From: Thermoplasmatota archaeon
GTDB taxonomy: Archaea; Thermoplasmatota; E2; JACPAO01; JAHFTW01
NCBI GenBank assembly: GCA_041601615.1
Contig: JBFIHX010000004.1
Span: forward strand, 128,001 to 192,000
Length of the DNA: 64,000 bases
Reading direction: 5' to 3'
Part shown: one piece after another, positions 53,040-61,394 of the stretch
How positions within the stretch are numbered: the first letter of the stretch is position 1
How the letters are laid out: each line of letters begins with the position of its first letter
The notes under the pieces: model-generated
Seen by the model: the letters and a program-made list of their open reading frames with translations, nothing else
Database searches by the model: none
Told to the model about the DNA's origin: nothing
Made by a program: the position numbers and the translations under genes

Positions 53040-54337
53040 GCCAAACGGAGCAACTAGAGAGCACGCACTGGCACGACGCCGTGGCGCTTGCGGGCGCTCC
53101 CGAATGGCTCCAAGACGTGCGCGCCGAAGCCTTCGAACGCTTTGCGACCCTCGGCTGGCCCGCCAAAGGCGACACGCGGTTTGCCTACAGCGACCTGCGC
53201 CCCATCCACGCCGGAACAACGCTTGCGCCCGTCGCCACGCCCGGAACCGTGACCCATTCCGACATTGCGCCCTTCCTTGCCGGCAACGAAGCCGCCCTGA
53301 TCGTGTTCGTCGACGGCCACTTTTCGGCCGAACTCTCCAGCAACAACACCCTTCCCCCCGGCGCCACGGCCCAGGCCCTCAGTGCCGCGCCCGCCGCCGT
53401 CGAAAGCCTGCGCCCCCACTTGGAGCGACTCGCAGCCCACGATGATCCGCTCTTGGTCCTCAACGCCGCCACAGCCCAAGACGGCGCCCACGTGCGCGTT
53501 GAGGCGGGTACGACCGTTGATGGCCCGATTCATCTGCTGTTCGTGACGACCCGGCCCGGCCTGCGCATCGTCCAAAACGCCGTAAACGTCGAAGACAACG
53601 CCGAGGCGACCGTGCTCGAAAGCCACGTCCATCTTGCGGACAACGACGGCATCACCCTCGCCCACACCAGCCTCCGAGCCGGCCCCGCCGCTCGGCTGCA
53701 CCACGCCAAAGTGCAGAAAGAAGACCGCCGAGCCCGACACATCGCAACCCAGGAAATCCACCAGGAACGCGACAGCAACCTCCAATCGGTTCTGCTCGAA
53801 ATCGGCGGCACCCAAGCCAGGCAAGCCATCACCGCAGACCTCGCAGGCCCCGGCGCCAGCGTCGATTTGCAAGGCGTATTCTTCGGGCAACGCGACCAAC
53901 GCACCGACGTCTGGACCCGCGTCGACCACCAAGTCCCCGACTGCACCAGCAACGAGACCTACAAAGGCATCCTCGACGACTCCTCGCGCGGCGCCTTCAC
54001 CGGCCTCATCGTCGTGCACGAAGGAGCCCATGGCACCAGCAGCAACCAGCAAAACCGCAACCTCCTGCTGTCGCCCAAGGCCCACGCCGACGCAACGCCG
54101 CAACTCGAAATTCTCAACGACGACGTGCGCTGCGCCCACGGCAGCACCATCGGACAACTCGACCCCAATGCGCTGTTTTTCCTGCGCAGCCGAGGCATCG
54201 ACGCCGCCCAAGCCCGCCTCATGCTCACAAGGGCGTTCGCCAGCGAAGTCATCGAAAGCGTCCCTTCCGCCCCCATCCGAAAATTGATGGACCGCTACCT
54301 CCACGTATGGTTCATCAAACACCAGGAGCACCTATGA
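53036..54337 (+). CDS. sufD: Fe-S cluster assembly protein SufD
   Basis: PQLEILNDDVRCAHGSTIG, FFLRSRGI. Confidence 0.93.
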   Translation: MSQTEQLESTHWHDAVALAGAPEWLQDVRAEAFERFATLGWPAKGDTRFAYSDLRPIHAGTTLAPVATPGTVTHSDIAPFLAGNEAALIVFVDGHFSAELSSNNTLPPGATAQALSAAPAAVESLRPHLERLAAHDDPLLVLNAATAQDGAHVRVEAGTTVDGPIHLLFVTTRPGLRIVQNAVNVEDNAEATVLESHVHLADNDGITLAHTSLRAGPAARLHHAKVQKEDRRARHIATQEIHQERDSNLQSVLLEIGGTQARQAITADLAGPGASVDLQGVFFGQRDQRTDVWTRVDHQVPDCTSNETYKGILDDSSRGAFTGLIVVHEGAHGTSSNQQNRNLLLSPKAHADATPQLEILNDDVRCAHGSTIGQLDPNALFFLRSRGIDAAQARLMLTRAFASEVIESVPSAPIRKLMDRYLHVWFIKHQEHL

Positions 54338-55560
54338 GCCCCGCCTACGACGTGGAAGCGATTCGCGCCCAGTTTCCGGCGCTGCATCAGGACGTTCACG
54401 ACCACCCGCTCGTCTACCTCGACAACGCCGCCACGAGCCAGAAGCCCCGCGCCGTGCTCGACGCCGTGGGCCACTACTACGAAGCCGACAACGCCAACGT
54501 GCACCGAGGCGTACACGAGCTGAGCCAACGCGCCACCCGCGACTACGAAGGTGCCCGCGAAACCATGCGCCGCTTCGTCGGAGCCGCCAGCACCAAGGAA
54601 ATCGTCTTCGTGCGCGGCACCACCGAAGCCATCAACCTCGTGGCCCAGAGCTTCGTGCGTCCCCGTGTTGGCCCCGGCGATGAAATCCTCATCTCCCACA
54701 TGGAGCACCACAGCAACATCGTGCCGTGGCAAATGCTCTGCGAAGCCACCGGCGCAGAACTGAAAGTCGCCCCCATCGACGACACCGGGGCCCTCGACGT
54801 GGACGCCTTCCACGCGCTCGTCACGCCCAAGACCAAGTTCGTGAGTATTGCCCATGTCAGCAACGCGCTCGGCACCATCAACCCCGTGGCCGACATCGTC
54901 CGTGCCGCCCACGCCGTCGGTGCCCACGTCATGCTCGACGGCGCCCAAGCCGCCCCCCACGTCGCCATCGACGTGCAAGCCCTCGACTGCGACTTCTACG
55001 CCGTATCGGGCCACAAAATGTACGCCCCCACCGGCATCGGCGTCCTGTACGGCAAAGCCGCGCTTCTCGAAGCAATGCCCCCCTACCAAGGCGGCGGCGA
55101 CATGATTGCCAGCGTCACGTTTTCAGGAACGACCTACAACGAATTGCCCTACAAATTCGAAGCAGGCACCCCCAACATCTCCGGCGCCATCGGCATCGGA
55201 GCCGCCGCCCAGTTCCTGCTCGACATAGGCCTCGACGCCATTGCCGCGCACGAACACGAACTCCTGGAATACGCAACCCGCCGCATCCTGGAAATCCCCG
55301 GCATCCGCATCGTCGGCACCGCGCCCCACAAAGCTGGCGTTCTGAGCTTCACCGTCGAAGGCATCCACCCCCACGACATTGGCACGCTCATGGACGGCGA
55401 GGGCATTGCCGTGCGCACCGGCCACCACTGCGCCCAGCCCACCATGGACCGCTTCGGGGTCCCCGCCACGAGCCGCGCCAGCCTCGGCGTATACAACACC
55501 CAAGACGACGTGGACCGCTTCATCGACGCCCTCGTCAAAACCGTAGGGGTGTTTGCCTAA
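54334..55560 (+). CDS. sufS: Cysteine desulfurase SufS
   Basis: YLDNAATSQKP, MEHHSN, SGHKMY, RTGHHCAQP. Confidence 0.96.
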   Translation: MSPAYDVEAIRAQFPALHQDVHDHPLVYLDNAATSQKPRAVLDAVGHYYEADNANVHRGVHELSQRATRDYEGARETMRRFVGAASTKEIVFVRGTTEAINLVAQSFVRPRVGPGDEILISHMEHHSNIVPWQMLCEATGAELKVAPIDDTGALDVDAFHALVTPKTKFVSIAHVSNALGTINPVADIVRAAHAVGAHVMLDGAQAAPHVAIDVQALDCDFYAVSGHKMYAPTGIGVLYGKAALLEAMPPYQGGGDMIASVTFSGTTYNELPYKFEAGTPNISGAIGIGAAAQFLLDIGLDAIAAHEHELLEYATRRILEIPGIRIVGTAPHKAGVLSFTVEGIHPHDIGTLMDGEGIAVRTGHHCAQPTMDRFGVPATSRASLGVYNTQDDVDRFIDALVKTVGVFA

Positions 55561-55651
55561 TGGACCCGAATATGCGGGGTGGCAAGGGCCCCGGAGGGGT
55601 TCCTGCCGCCTTCGCTGTTGGAGTCCACGTAGCAGCCCGGAGGGATGCGTA

Positions 55652-56098
55652 GTGGACCCCAACATGCGCGAGCTCTACCAAGAGACCATCATGGGCCACA
55701 ACAAGGCCCCGCACCACTTCCACGCCATCGAAAACCCCGACGGCGACGCGCTCGGACACAATCCGCTGTGCGGCGACAAACTCCATGTCTACCTGCGCAT
55801 GGACGGCGACACCGTCACGGAAGCGAGCTTCCTCGGCGACGGCTGCGCCATCAGCAAATCCAGCGCCAGCATGATGACCGACGCCGTGGCCGGCAAAACC
55901 AGCCAAGAAGCACACGAGCTGTACGAGCACTTCCACAAACTCGTCACCCGCGAAGGCGAACCCGACATCGCCAAACTCGGCAAACTACGAGTCTTTGCAG
56001 GTGTTGGCGAATTCCCCGCCCGCGTCAAATGCGCCGCCCTCCCCTGGCGCACCCTCGTAGCCGCCCTCGAAGGCCGCGAAGAGGCGAGCACCGAATGA
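55652..56098 (+). CDS. sufU: SufU sulfur-transfer protein
   Basis: ELYQETI, NPLCGD, GCAIS, FPARVKCA. Confidence 0.93.
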   Translation: MDPNMRELYQETIMGHNKAPHHFHAIENPDGDALGHNPLCGDKLHVYLRMDGDTVTEASFLGDGCAISKSSASMMTDAVAGKTSQEAHELYEHFHKLVTREGEPDIAKLGKLRVFAGVGEFPARVKCAALPWRTLVAALEGREEASTE

Positions 56099-56652
56099 CC
56101 CCCGAACAAGTCCTCCTCACCCGCCCCGTGCGCGCCGTCGTCATCCCCGACGGCATCGAAGAAACCTTGGAGCCCGGCATGCCCGTGCTCATCACGCAAA
56201 TGCTCGGCGGCAGCTTCACCATCCAAACCGCCGAGGGCCGAAAATACCGCATCGAAGGCCGCGACGCCGACGCCATCGGCAAACCCGTGCCCGAAGAAGC
56301 AAGGGCGCACGAGCACACCGAGCCCATGGTCGCCGCCGACGCCGAAAAACTCGGCTGGGACCTCATGAAAAAGGTCCACGATCCAGAGATTCCCGTCAAC
56401 ATCGTCGACCTCGGCCTCGTCTACACCCTCAAAATGCACACACGCGGCGACGGCAAGTTGCTCGCAGAATGCAGAATGACCCTCACCGCCCCCGGCTGCG
56501 GCATGGGAGACGTGTTGGTACGCGACGTTGAACGGCAATTGGCTTCCATTCCCGGGGTTGGGGCCGTGGACGCGAAGGTTGTGTTTGATCCGGTTTGGAA
56601 TCCGTATACGATGATGAGTACGGCGGCGAAGTTGAAGTTGGGGTTGTTGTAG
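56095..56652 (+). CDS. sufT: Fe-S assembly protein SufT (DUF59)
   Basis: ITQ.LGGSFT, DPEIPVNIVDLGL, TLTAPGCGMG. Confidence 0.9.
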   Translation: MTPEQVLLTRPVRAVVIPDGIEETLEPGMPVLITQMLGGSFTIQTAEGRKYRIEGRDADAIGKPVPEEARAHEHTEPMVAADAEKLGWDLMKKVHDPEIPVNIVDLGLVYTLKMHTRGDGKLLAECRMTLTAPGCGMGDVLVRDVERQLASIPGVGAVDAKVVFDPVWNPYTMMSTAAKLKLGLL

Positions 56653-56756
56653 GCTGCAGCGCGGAAATTGGCGAGTCGTGCCCGTGCTTGCATTGGTGGA
56701 TGCTCGGCAATCCAGCAAAGAGTGTAGGTGGGCAGACACCCCTGCAATCGAAACAC

Positions 56757-57011
56757 CTAGCGATCGTGAATATTTCGCCTGTGTCCAGCCCGTACAAAGT
56801 CCAACAACCGTTGCGGGACATGCGCCCGCACATACACCCGGTACTCACCCACTCGAAGCGAAAATAGATCGCTTCCCTTGAGTCGCTTCATCGTCCGCAA
56901 CGGGTCTTCTTGAATCGCTTCCAATTTCTCAATGATGCGCCGTGCAACTTTCTGGTCAAGGTGCTTCAAATCAGCCAAAAATGTCGGCTGATATGTATAC
57001 GTCCACTTCAT
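56757..57011 (-). CDS. RelE/ParE family toxin
   Basis: LDQKVARRIIEKL, RLKG...SLRVGEYRV, GHRRNI. Confidence 0.88.
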   Translation of the reverse strand: MKWTYTYQPTFLADLKHLDQKVARRIIEKLEAIQEDPLRTMKRLKGSDLFSLRVGEYRVYVRAHVPQRLLDFVRAGHRRNIHDR

Positions 57012-57241
57012 GGGAGGCCGAATTCTTTTCGCAAGTCTTCGTGCGAGATGCGTGGGCCATCATAGAGAAGTCCATCCAACAAACTTCGGCGGAAATCCGG
57101 TGTAAATTTGCCTTCGTCGTCGCCTTCAGGGACCAATCGAAGCAGCTTCTCCAAGAGTTCATCATAGGTTTGCCGACCCTTCAGCCCCTGGAGCGCGTCC
57201 CGGGTTTGCGAATTGACCTTGATGGTGGTAGTATCGGGCAC
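57008..57241 (-). CDS. Cognate antitoxin, RHH-like
   Basis: TTIKVNSQTRDAL..LKG..TYDELL; overlaps toxin start. Confidence 0.8.
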   Translation of the reverse strand: MPDTTTIKVNSQTRDALQGLKGRQTYDELLEKLLRLVPEGDDEGKFTPDFRRSLLDGLLYDGPRISHEDLRKEFGLP

Positions 57242-57243
57242 AA

Positions 57244-57272
57244 GTATCCTATGGGTATCCTATTGGTATAAG
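57244..57272 (-). promoter_or_regulatory. TATA box and 11-bp tandem operator repeats of the RelE-type TA operon
   Basis: GTATCCTATGG-GTATCCTATTG-GTATAAG directly upstream of GTG 57241. Confidence 0.55.
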
Positions 57273-57409
57273 GCTTGTTGGAGGCCAAGGAATGGCAAGG
57301 GTAGCCAGATGGGAGTGGGGCAATGATTGAGCGAAGTTGCCTCGAACGGAGTGCGGGGCGGGCTTGCGCGATTAGCTCTGCGGCACCCACCCAGGCCTGG
57401 GCAAGGAGA

Positions 57410-57877
57410 CTACGGATGCTCGTGCCGGCGGGAAATCAGCATGGTATCCTGATCCAGGATTTGGACGCGCAAAGAATCCTGATTGTGCAGATCCATCGCT
57501 CGAACCACGTCCTTGGGCCAGTAGGTCCCCAGGTTTCTGCCGGACACGCTCGTGACCTTCGCGAGGTAATCGCTAAGCACACGCTCTGGCCCGGCTTCTT
57601 CCAGGGCAATTTCTTCGTAGGACTCCAAAAATTCAACGCCGCAATCCGCGCAGCGGGCCCCGTGGAGGTTGTGGTGGACCAATGCCATGGCACCGACTAC
57701 GGTTTCCCGAAGCAAGTCCTCTCGACTTTCTAGCGTCTCGTGGGAACAGACGGGGCACGCCCCGGTAGTTCCAGGCGGGAAAGCGCGCTTGCGCTCGTGC
57801 ATCAGGCGGTTGCGCAAATCAGCCACGGCAGTGGCCCATCGCGTTGGCGTGGGGTAGGTTTCAGCGTCAGGCGTCAT
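57410..57877 (-). CDS. YgiT/MqsA-type zinc-finger protein with AbrB-like C-terminus (putative antitoxin)
   Basis: CPVC...CADCG; AKVTSVSGRNLGTYWPKDVVRAMDL...SLRVQ. Confidence 0.65.
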   Translation of the reverse strand: MTPDAETYPTPTRWATAVADLRNRLMHERKRAFPPGTTGACPVCSHETLESREDLLRETVVGAMALVHHNLHGARCADCGVEFLESYEEIALEEAGPERVLSDYLAKVTSVSGRNLGTYWPKDVVRAMDLHNQDSLRVQILDQDTMLISRRHEHP

Positions 57878-58139
57878 AGGCAGGCACCACGAGAAGGAGC
57901 GCACCGGCATCGTCTCGGTGGTCGTTGAAATCGATGCGTAGGCGTCGGCTCCCGGGTAGGTTCGAGAGTGCGTGCCAACCCTTGGGGTGGTGGGGCCGGT
58001 CATCGCGTTCGACATGGTAACAGGTTTCCAGCGCCGTGAGAATCTGCATGAAGCTGATGCCGCGCTTGCCCGCATGGTAGTGGGGCGCCTTGACCACCTG
58101 GCCCGCTGCAACGCACTCGTGGACTTCACGTACATCCAT
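57867..58139 (-). CDS. Putative DUF4258/RelE-superfamily toxin
   Basis: H...RGISFMQILTAL...GSRRLRI...LLVVPAY; precedes and overlaps the Zn-finger gene. Confidence 0.55.
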   Translation of the reverse strand: MDVREVHECVAAGQVVKAPHYHAGKRGISFMQILTALETCYHVERDDRPHHPKGWHALSNLPGSRRLRIDFNDHRDDAGALLLVVPAYDA

Positions 58140-58164
58140 CGGTCGAACCAAGCCTTGGAACTAG

Positions 58165-58183
58165 TTACGTGTAATGCACGTAA
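58165..58183. promoter_or_regulatory. Putative operator of the toxin/Zn-finger operon
   Basis: TTACGTG-TAATG-CACGTAA inverted repeat 26-44 nt upstream of ATG 58139. Confidence 0.55.
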
Positions 58184-58232
58184 ATTGATTTGGGTTTGGG
58201 GTTCGACGGCCCAGCCATCTGAGAGGGTGGCA

Positions 58233-58313
58233 CGCTAACGACGGCTGAGCTAAGCCGTGAGTGAAGCGAGTGGGCGAGCGCAGCGAGCGGTCGGGTCGAG
58301 TGACTTGTTAGGC
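58233..58313 (-). mobile_element. Integron attC site 1
   Basis: Minus strand GCCTAAC-AAGTCACTCGACCCGAC...CGGCTTAGCTCAGCCGTC-GTTAGCG; imperfect inverted repeat. Confidence 0.75.
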
Positions 58314-58400
58314 GTTCAATAGAACACGCGTCGGCCCTTGAACCGACGCACACTGTGCGGGGTGGCATTTCGCCTTTGCAAACGGCGTCGCTTCGCCGCG

Positions 58401-59144
58401 TCAGCCATACAGCGGATAGAGGAATTCGCCGACCGCGGCAAGGCCGTCCTTGATCGGCTCACCCAACCGAGTGCGCCCAAAAATCTCCCCCAGCGCCTTC
58501 GCCCCCAGGGCGACCGGTAAGCCCCATTTGTAGCTGGTATGGATTCGGCCACGCTGAGTTCTGTCGGCCACCATCCCGGCTACGATGAACAGTAGCACCC
58601 ACCAACTGCCGATAGCACTGGTCACGTCGTTGCGGCCAAAAATGAACGCCGCGATGCGCGCACCCGCTGCGCCAAGGACTACCGTGCTGGCCATGAACAT
58701 GAGTCGCTTGTGTTCCATGATGTCGTTTCGCCGCGTGATTGCGAGCACGAAGAACAAAGTAAACGGAACCAAGCTTGCGAGAATCCCGACGCCGCGCAAA
58801 TCCCAGAACGGCGAGCCCCCCGGTTGGCGCGCGAGCCAAATCTGCACCGTCGCAACGACGATGCCCGTAAACACCATGCCAATCGCTAGGCCAGTCATGG
58901 CCGTGCCCAGGATTCGATGGATGCGGACTCGGCCCGTGCGCACCAGCCCGGATTGCAAAGGTGCCAATAGGTACCAGAGAAAAAACGTCCAGCCGTGCAA
59001 GTGGACTGTCGCGGAGACGTTCGAGTAGGAGCCTTGGGTTAGGGGGCCGAAGTACGTGATGCTGAAGCCCCCGAACGCGGTGACGCTGGTCGCCAGAATC
59101 GCCCAGAAGAAGAAGGGGTCCCGTTTCTTCCACGCCAACGCCAT
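58401..59144 (-). CDS. Gene-cassette integral membrane protein, about 6-7 TM
   Basis: GFSITYF, HLHG..F..W..L..LQ..LV..GR...HR.LG, HKRLM; lies between two attC sites. Confidence 0.8.
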   Translation of the reverse strand: MALAWKKRDPFFFWAILATSVTAFGGFSITYFGPLTQGSYSNVSATVHLHGWTFFLWYLLAPLQSGLVRTGRVRIHRILGTAMTGLAIGMVFTGIVVATVQIWLARQPGGSPFWDLRGVGILASLVPFTLFFVLAITRRNDIMEHKRLMFMASTVVLGAAGARIAAFIFGRNDVTSAIGSWWVLLFIVAGMVADRTQRGRIHTSYKWGLPVALGAKALGEIFGRTRLGEPIKDGLAAVGEFLYPLYG

Positions 59145-59234
59145 AGCACATGCACTACGGGCGGCCATTAGGTGTTTGTTTTGGAGATGCTACATGTATA
59201 TGTCGCACGTTCATGGATTGCGGCTGAGTTGAAC

Positions 59235-59298
59235 GCCTAACGACTGAACTCAGCCGCTCCGAGCGAAGTGAGGAGTCGGCTGGAGCGATTTGTTAGAT
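59235..59298 (-). mobile_element. Integron attC site 2
   Basis: Minus strand ATCTAAC-AAATC-GCTCCAGCCGACTCC...GGAGCGGCTGAGT-TCAGTC-GTTAGGC; R and L boxes with two extrahelical bases. Confidence 0.88.
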
Positions 59299-59314
59299 GG
59301 ATTTGGAATTTGGG

Positions 59315-59692
59315 CTACCTGCGAGCGAGTAGTGCGAGGCCCACGATTAGAATCGCCCCTATGGCGACAGTTTGCTTTGCATCGACCAGTAGGTGCATTA
59401 CAAGCTCGCTGTGAGCGTCGTAGTGATCCCAGTGAACCTTGTAGTGGTCATCGAAGACTAGAACGTGCAATTGGCGGCCATCAGCCATTTTGAGTCGCCA
59501 GTGTTCTTTTGCAAGGAGGTTCTGGCCGACACTTGGGTAGAATCCGGGCAGGTGTTGCGGGTGGGTTGCAACATGCAGGCCGTATTGTTGGTTGGTGTGC
59601 GCTGGAGTCGCCAACACCGCGTTTGCTATTCCCTGCCACTGGGCGGGGACGCTTCGAATGGCCTGCACGGTTGAGTAGTTGTTGCTTCTCAT
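59315..59692 (-). CDS. Gene-cassette His/Asp-motif protein with C-terminal TM
   Basis: LHVLVFDDHYKVHWDHYD...HLLVDA then hydrophobic tail and RR; stop 16 nt from attC2. Confidence 0.7.
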   Translation of the reverse strand: MRSNNYSTVQAIRSVPAQWQGIANAVLATPAHTNQQYGLHVATHPQHLPGFYPSVGQNLLAKEHWRLKMADGRQLHVLVFDDHYKVHWDHYDAHSELVMHLLVDAKQTVAIGAILIVGLALLARR

Positions 59693-59710
59693 GCGTGATA
59701 GCACCGAGTT

Positions 59711-59727
59711 AAGCGTATAATACGCTT
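59711..59727. promoter_or_regulatory. Palindromic operator overlapping a TATA-like box between divergent cassette genes
   Basis: AAGCGTAT-A-ATACGCTT. Confidence 0.6.
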
Positions 59728-59806
59728 TTGTGTTGACTAATACGCAGCAAGGGCCTTGTAGGGGAAGCGACCAATCCCCCTTGTGGAGCCCAATTTGCCT
59801 TCTTGG

Positions 59807-60037
59807 ATGGATCGTCAACGTGCCGCCCAAGTTGCAAGACTACGGGCGCTCGGTTATTCGCAGACGGACATTGCCGGACAACTGGGCATTTCTCAGCAGA
59901 CCGTGAGTAGATACCAGAAGGGCATCAATCAAGCGGCGGCAGAATCTGACGATGTTCAGGAGTTCCTTATGGCGCTTCTAATCGTGGGACTTGGTGTTGG
60001 GGCCACTATCGCCCTTGCAAAGTTGTTCAAGCTATAG
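59807..60037 (+). CDS. Small HTH protein with C-terminal TM (gene cassette)
   Basis: LRALGYSQTDIAGQLGISQQTVSRY; FLMALLIVGLGVGATIALAKLF. Confidence 0.78.
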   Translation: MDRQRAAQVARLRALGYSQTDIAGQLGISQQTVSRYQKGINQAAAESDDVQEFLMALLIVGLGVGATIALAKLFKL

Positions 60038-60096
60038 GAGAATCCCCGTGGCATTGTCGCCATCCATCTAACTACCCAATATCCCGCCACCCCCCC

Positions 60097-60639
60097 TCAC
60101 CTAACCCCTTCAACCTCGTAATGCCCCGCCGTCTCCAAAACTACAGTAACAGCCTCACCCCCATTGTTCTTCCAGTACCAACCATGACTGCCAGTAAAAG
60201 GAGCTCGGAAGTTCCCGTCACCGCCGTCCCGGGTGTCTTCTTCGTAGCTCTCAAAGTACCCCGTCGTATCCCCTTCCGGCTCGCCGTGGAAGTCAAAGTA
60301 GAGCAAGCCGGTGGCGTTCCAAGAGTACACAAACCCACTACCAGCGCCCACTTGGAATTTGTATTCCAGGCCCGACTTGGCTGGTATCACGATTTCTACG
60401 GTGTCGTTGCGGTAGGCGGTTTCTTCGACGCTGTTCAAATTCGGCTCGGTGATGGCAGGGGCCGCGATGTCTTTGATGCCGATGGCGGCGCCGAAGCCCG
60501 TTGGATCGATGCCGTATTCTGCGGGGAGGATGGCGAGGACGAGCACGGCGAGGGCGACGGCGGCGGCGATTCCTGTGGCTTCCAGGAGGGTTCGCTTGGA
60601 GGGGGCGCGAAATTCGTCGGGGGTGTTGGGTTCGGTCAT
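60097..60639 (-). CDS. Membrane-anchored protein associated with HupE/UreJ gene
   Basis: LPAEYGIDPTGFG, FDFHGEP, PF.G.HGWYW.N. Confidence 0.75.
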   Translation of the reverse strand: MTEPNTPDEFRAPSKRTLLEATGIAAAVALAVLVLAILPAEYGIDPTGFGAAIGIKDIAAPAITEPNLNSVEETAYRNDTVEIVIPAKSGLEYKFQVGAGSGFVYSWNATGLLYFDFHGEPEGDTTGYFESYEEDTRDGGDGNFRAPFTGSHGWYWKNNGGEAVTVVLETAGHYEVEGVR

Positions 60640-60644
60640 GGGGA

Positions 60645-61322
60645 TCAAGCCGTGGTGAAGTAGCCGGTGAGTTGGAGGCCGATGAGTATGAAGCCGGCGG
60701 ACATGAGGCCCATGTTGGTAAGCAGGGCGTGTTTGAGGTACGAGGGGTGGCGGCGCCAGAGGTCCATTGCGATGATGATGCCGCCGAGGGCGAGGATTTG
60801 GCCGATTTCTACGCCAATGTTGAAGGAGATGATGTTGCCCACGAGGCCTTCTCGGCTGAGGCCGAATTCTTGCACCTTGGTTGCGAGCCCAAAGCCGTGA
60901 AACAAGCCGAAGACCAGCACCGCCGCTTTCGTGTTGGGCTGACGGCCGAAGAAGCGCTTGAAGCCGCCGAGGTTGTCAAAGCCCTTGTATACGACGCTGG
61001 CGCCGATGATGGCGTCGATGAGGTAGGAATTTGCGGGGATGTCGGCGAGAACTCCGAGGAGGAGCGTTGCGCTGTGGCCCAGGGTGAACATGGAGACGTA
61101 GACCGCCACGTCCTTCATTTTGTACAGGAAAAACACGACGCCCACCAAGAACAGGAGGTGGTCGTAGCCCGTGACCATGTGCTTGGCGCCCAAGTACAGG
61201 AACGGGCCCATGGCGAGGCCCTCGTTATCTGCGAGGAAGCCGGCGTCGTCCTCGTCCACGCCATGCGCAAGGGCGACGGGCACCAACAGCAGTACCGCGA
61301 CGGCCAAGAGCATCCGCTTCAT
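60645..61322 (-). CDS. HupE/UreJ family protein (putative Ni/Co permease)
   Basis: AHGV, GAKHMVTGYDHLLFL, FTLGHS.TL, FGLFHGFG, FNIGVEIGQ. Confidence 0.88.
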   Translation of the reverse strand: MKRMLLAVAVLLLVPVALAHGVDEDDAGFLADNEGLAMGPFLYLGAKHMVTGYDHLLFLVGVVFFLYKMKDVAVYVSMFTLGHSATLLLGVLADIPANSYLIDAIIGASVVYKGFDNLGGFKRFFGRQPNTKAAVLVFGLFHGFGLATKVQEFGLSREGLVGNIISFNIGVEIGQILALGGIIIAMDLWRRHPSYLKHALLTNMGLMSAGFILIGLQLTGYFTTA

Positions 61323-61394
61323 TGAGTGGTCACTGCAAAGCGGAAGTCAAAGGGGTTCCGAAGAGACAATCGGCGTGGTTTTGGCTCGTGGGTG

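Noticed and set aside
56653-58232. TA modules as additional integron cassettes
   Set aside because: No attC or core complementary to GTTAGCGTGC was found downstream of them
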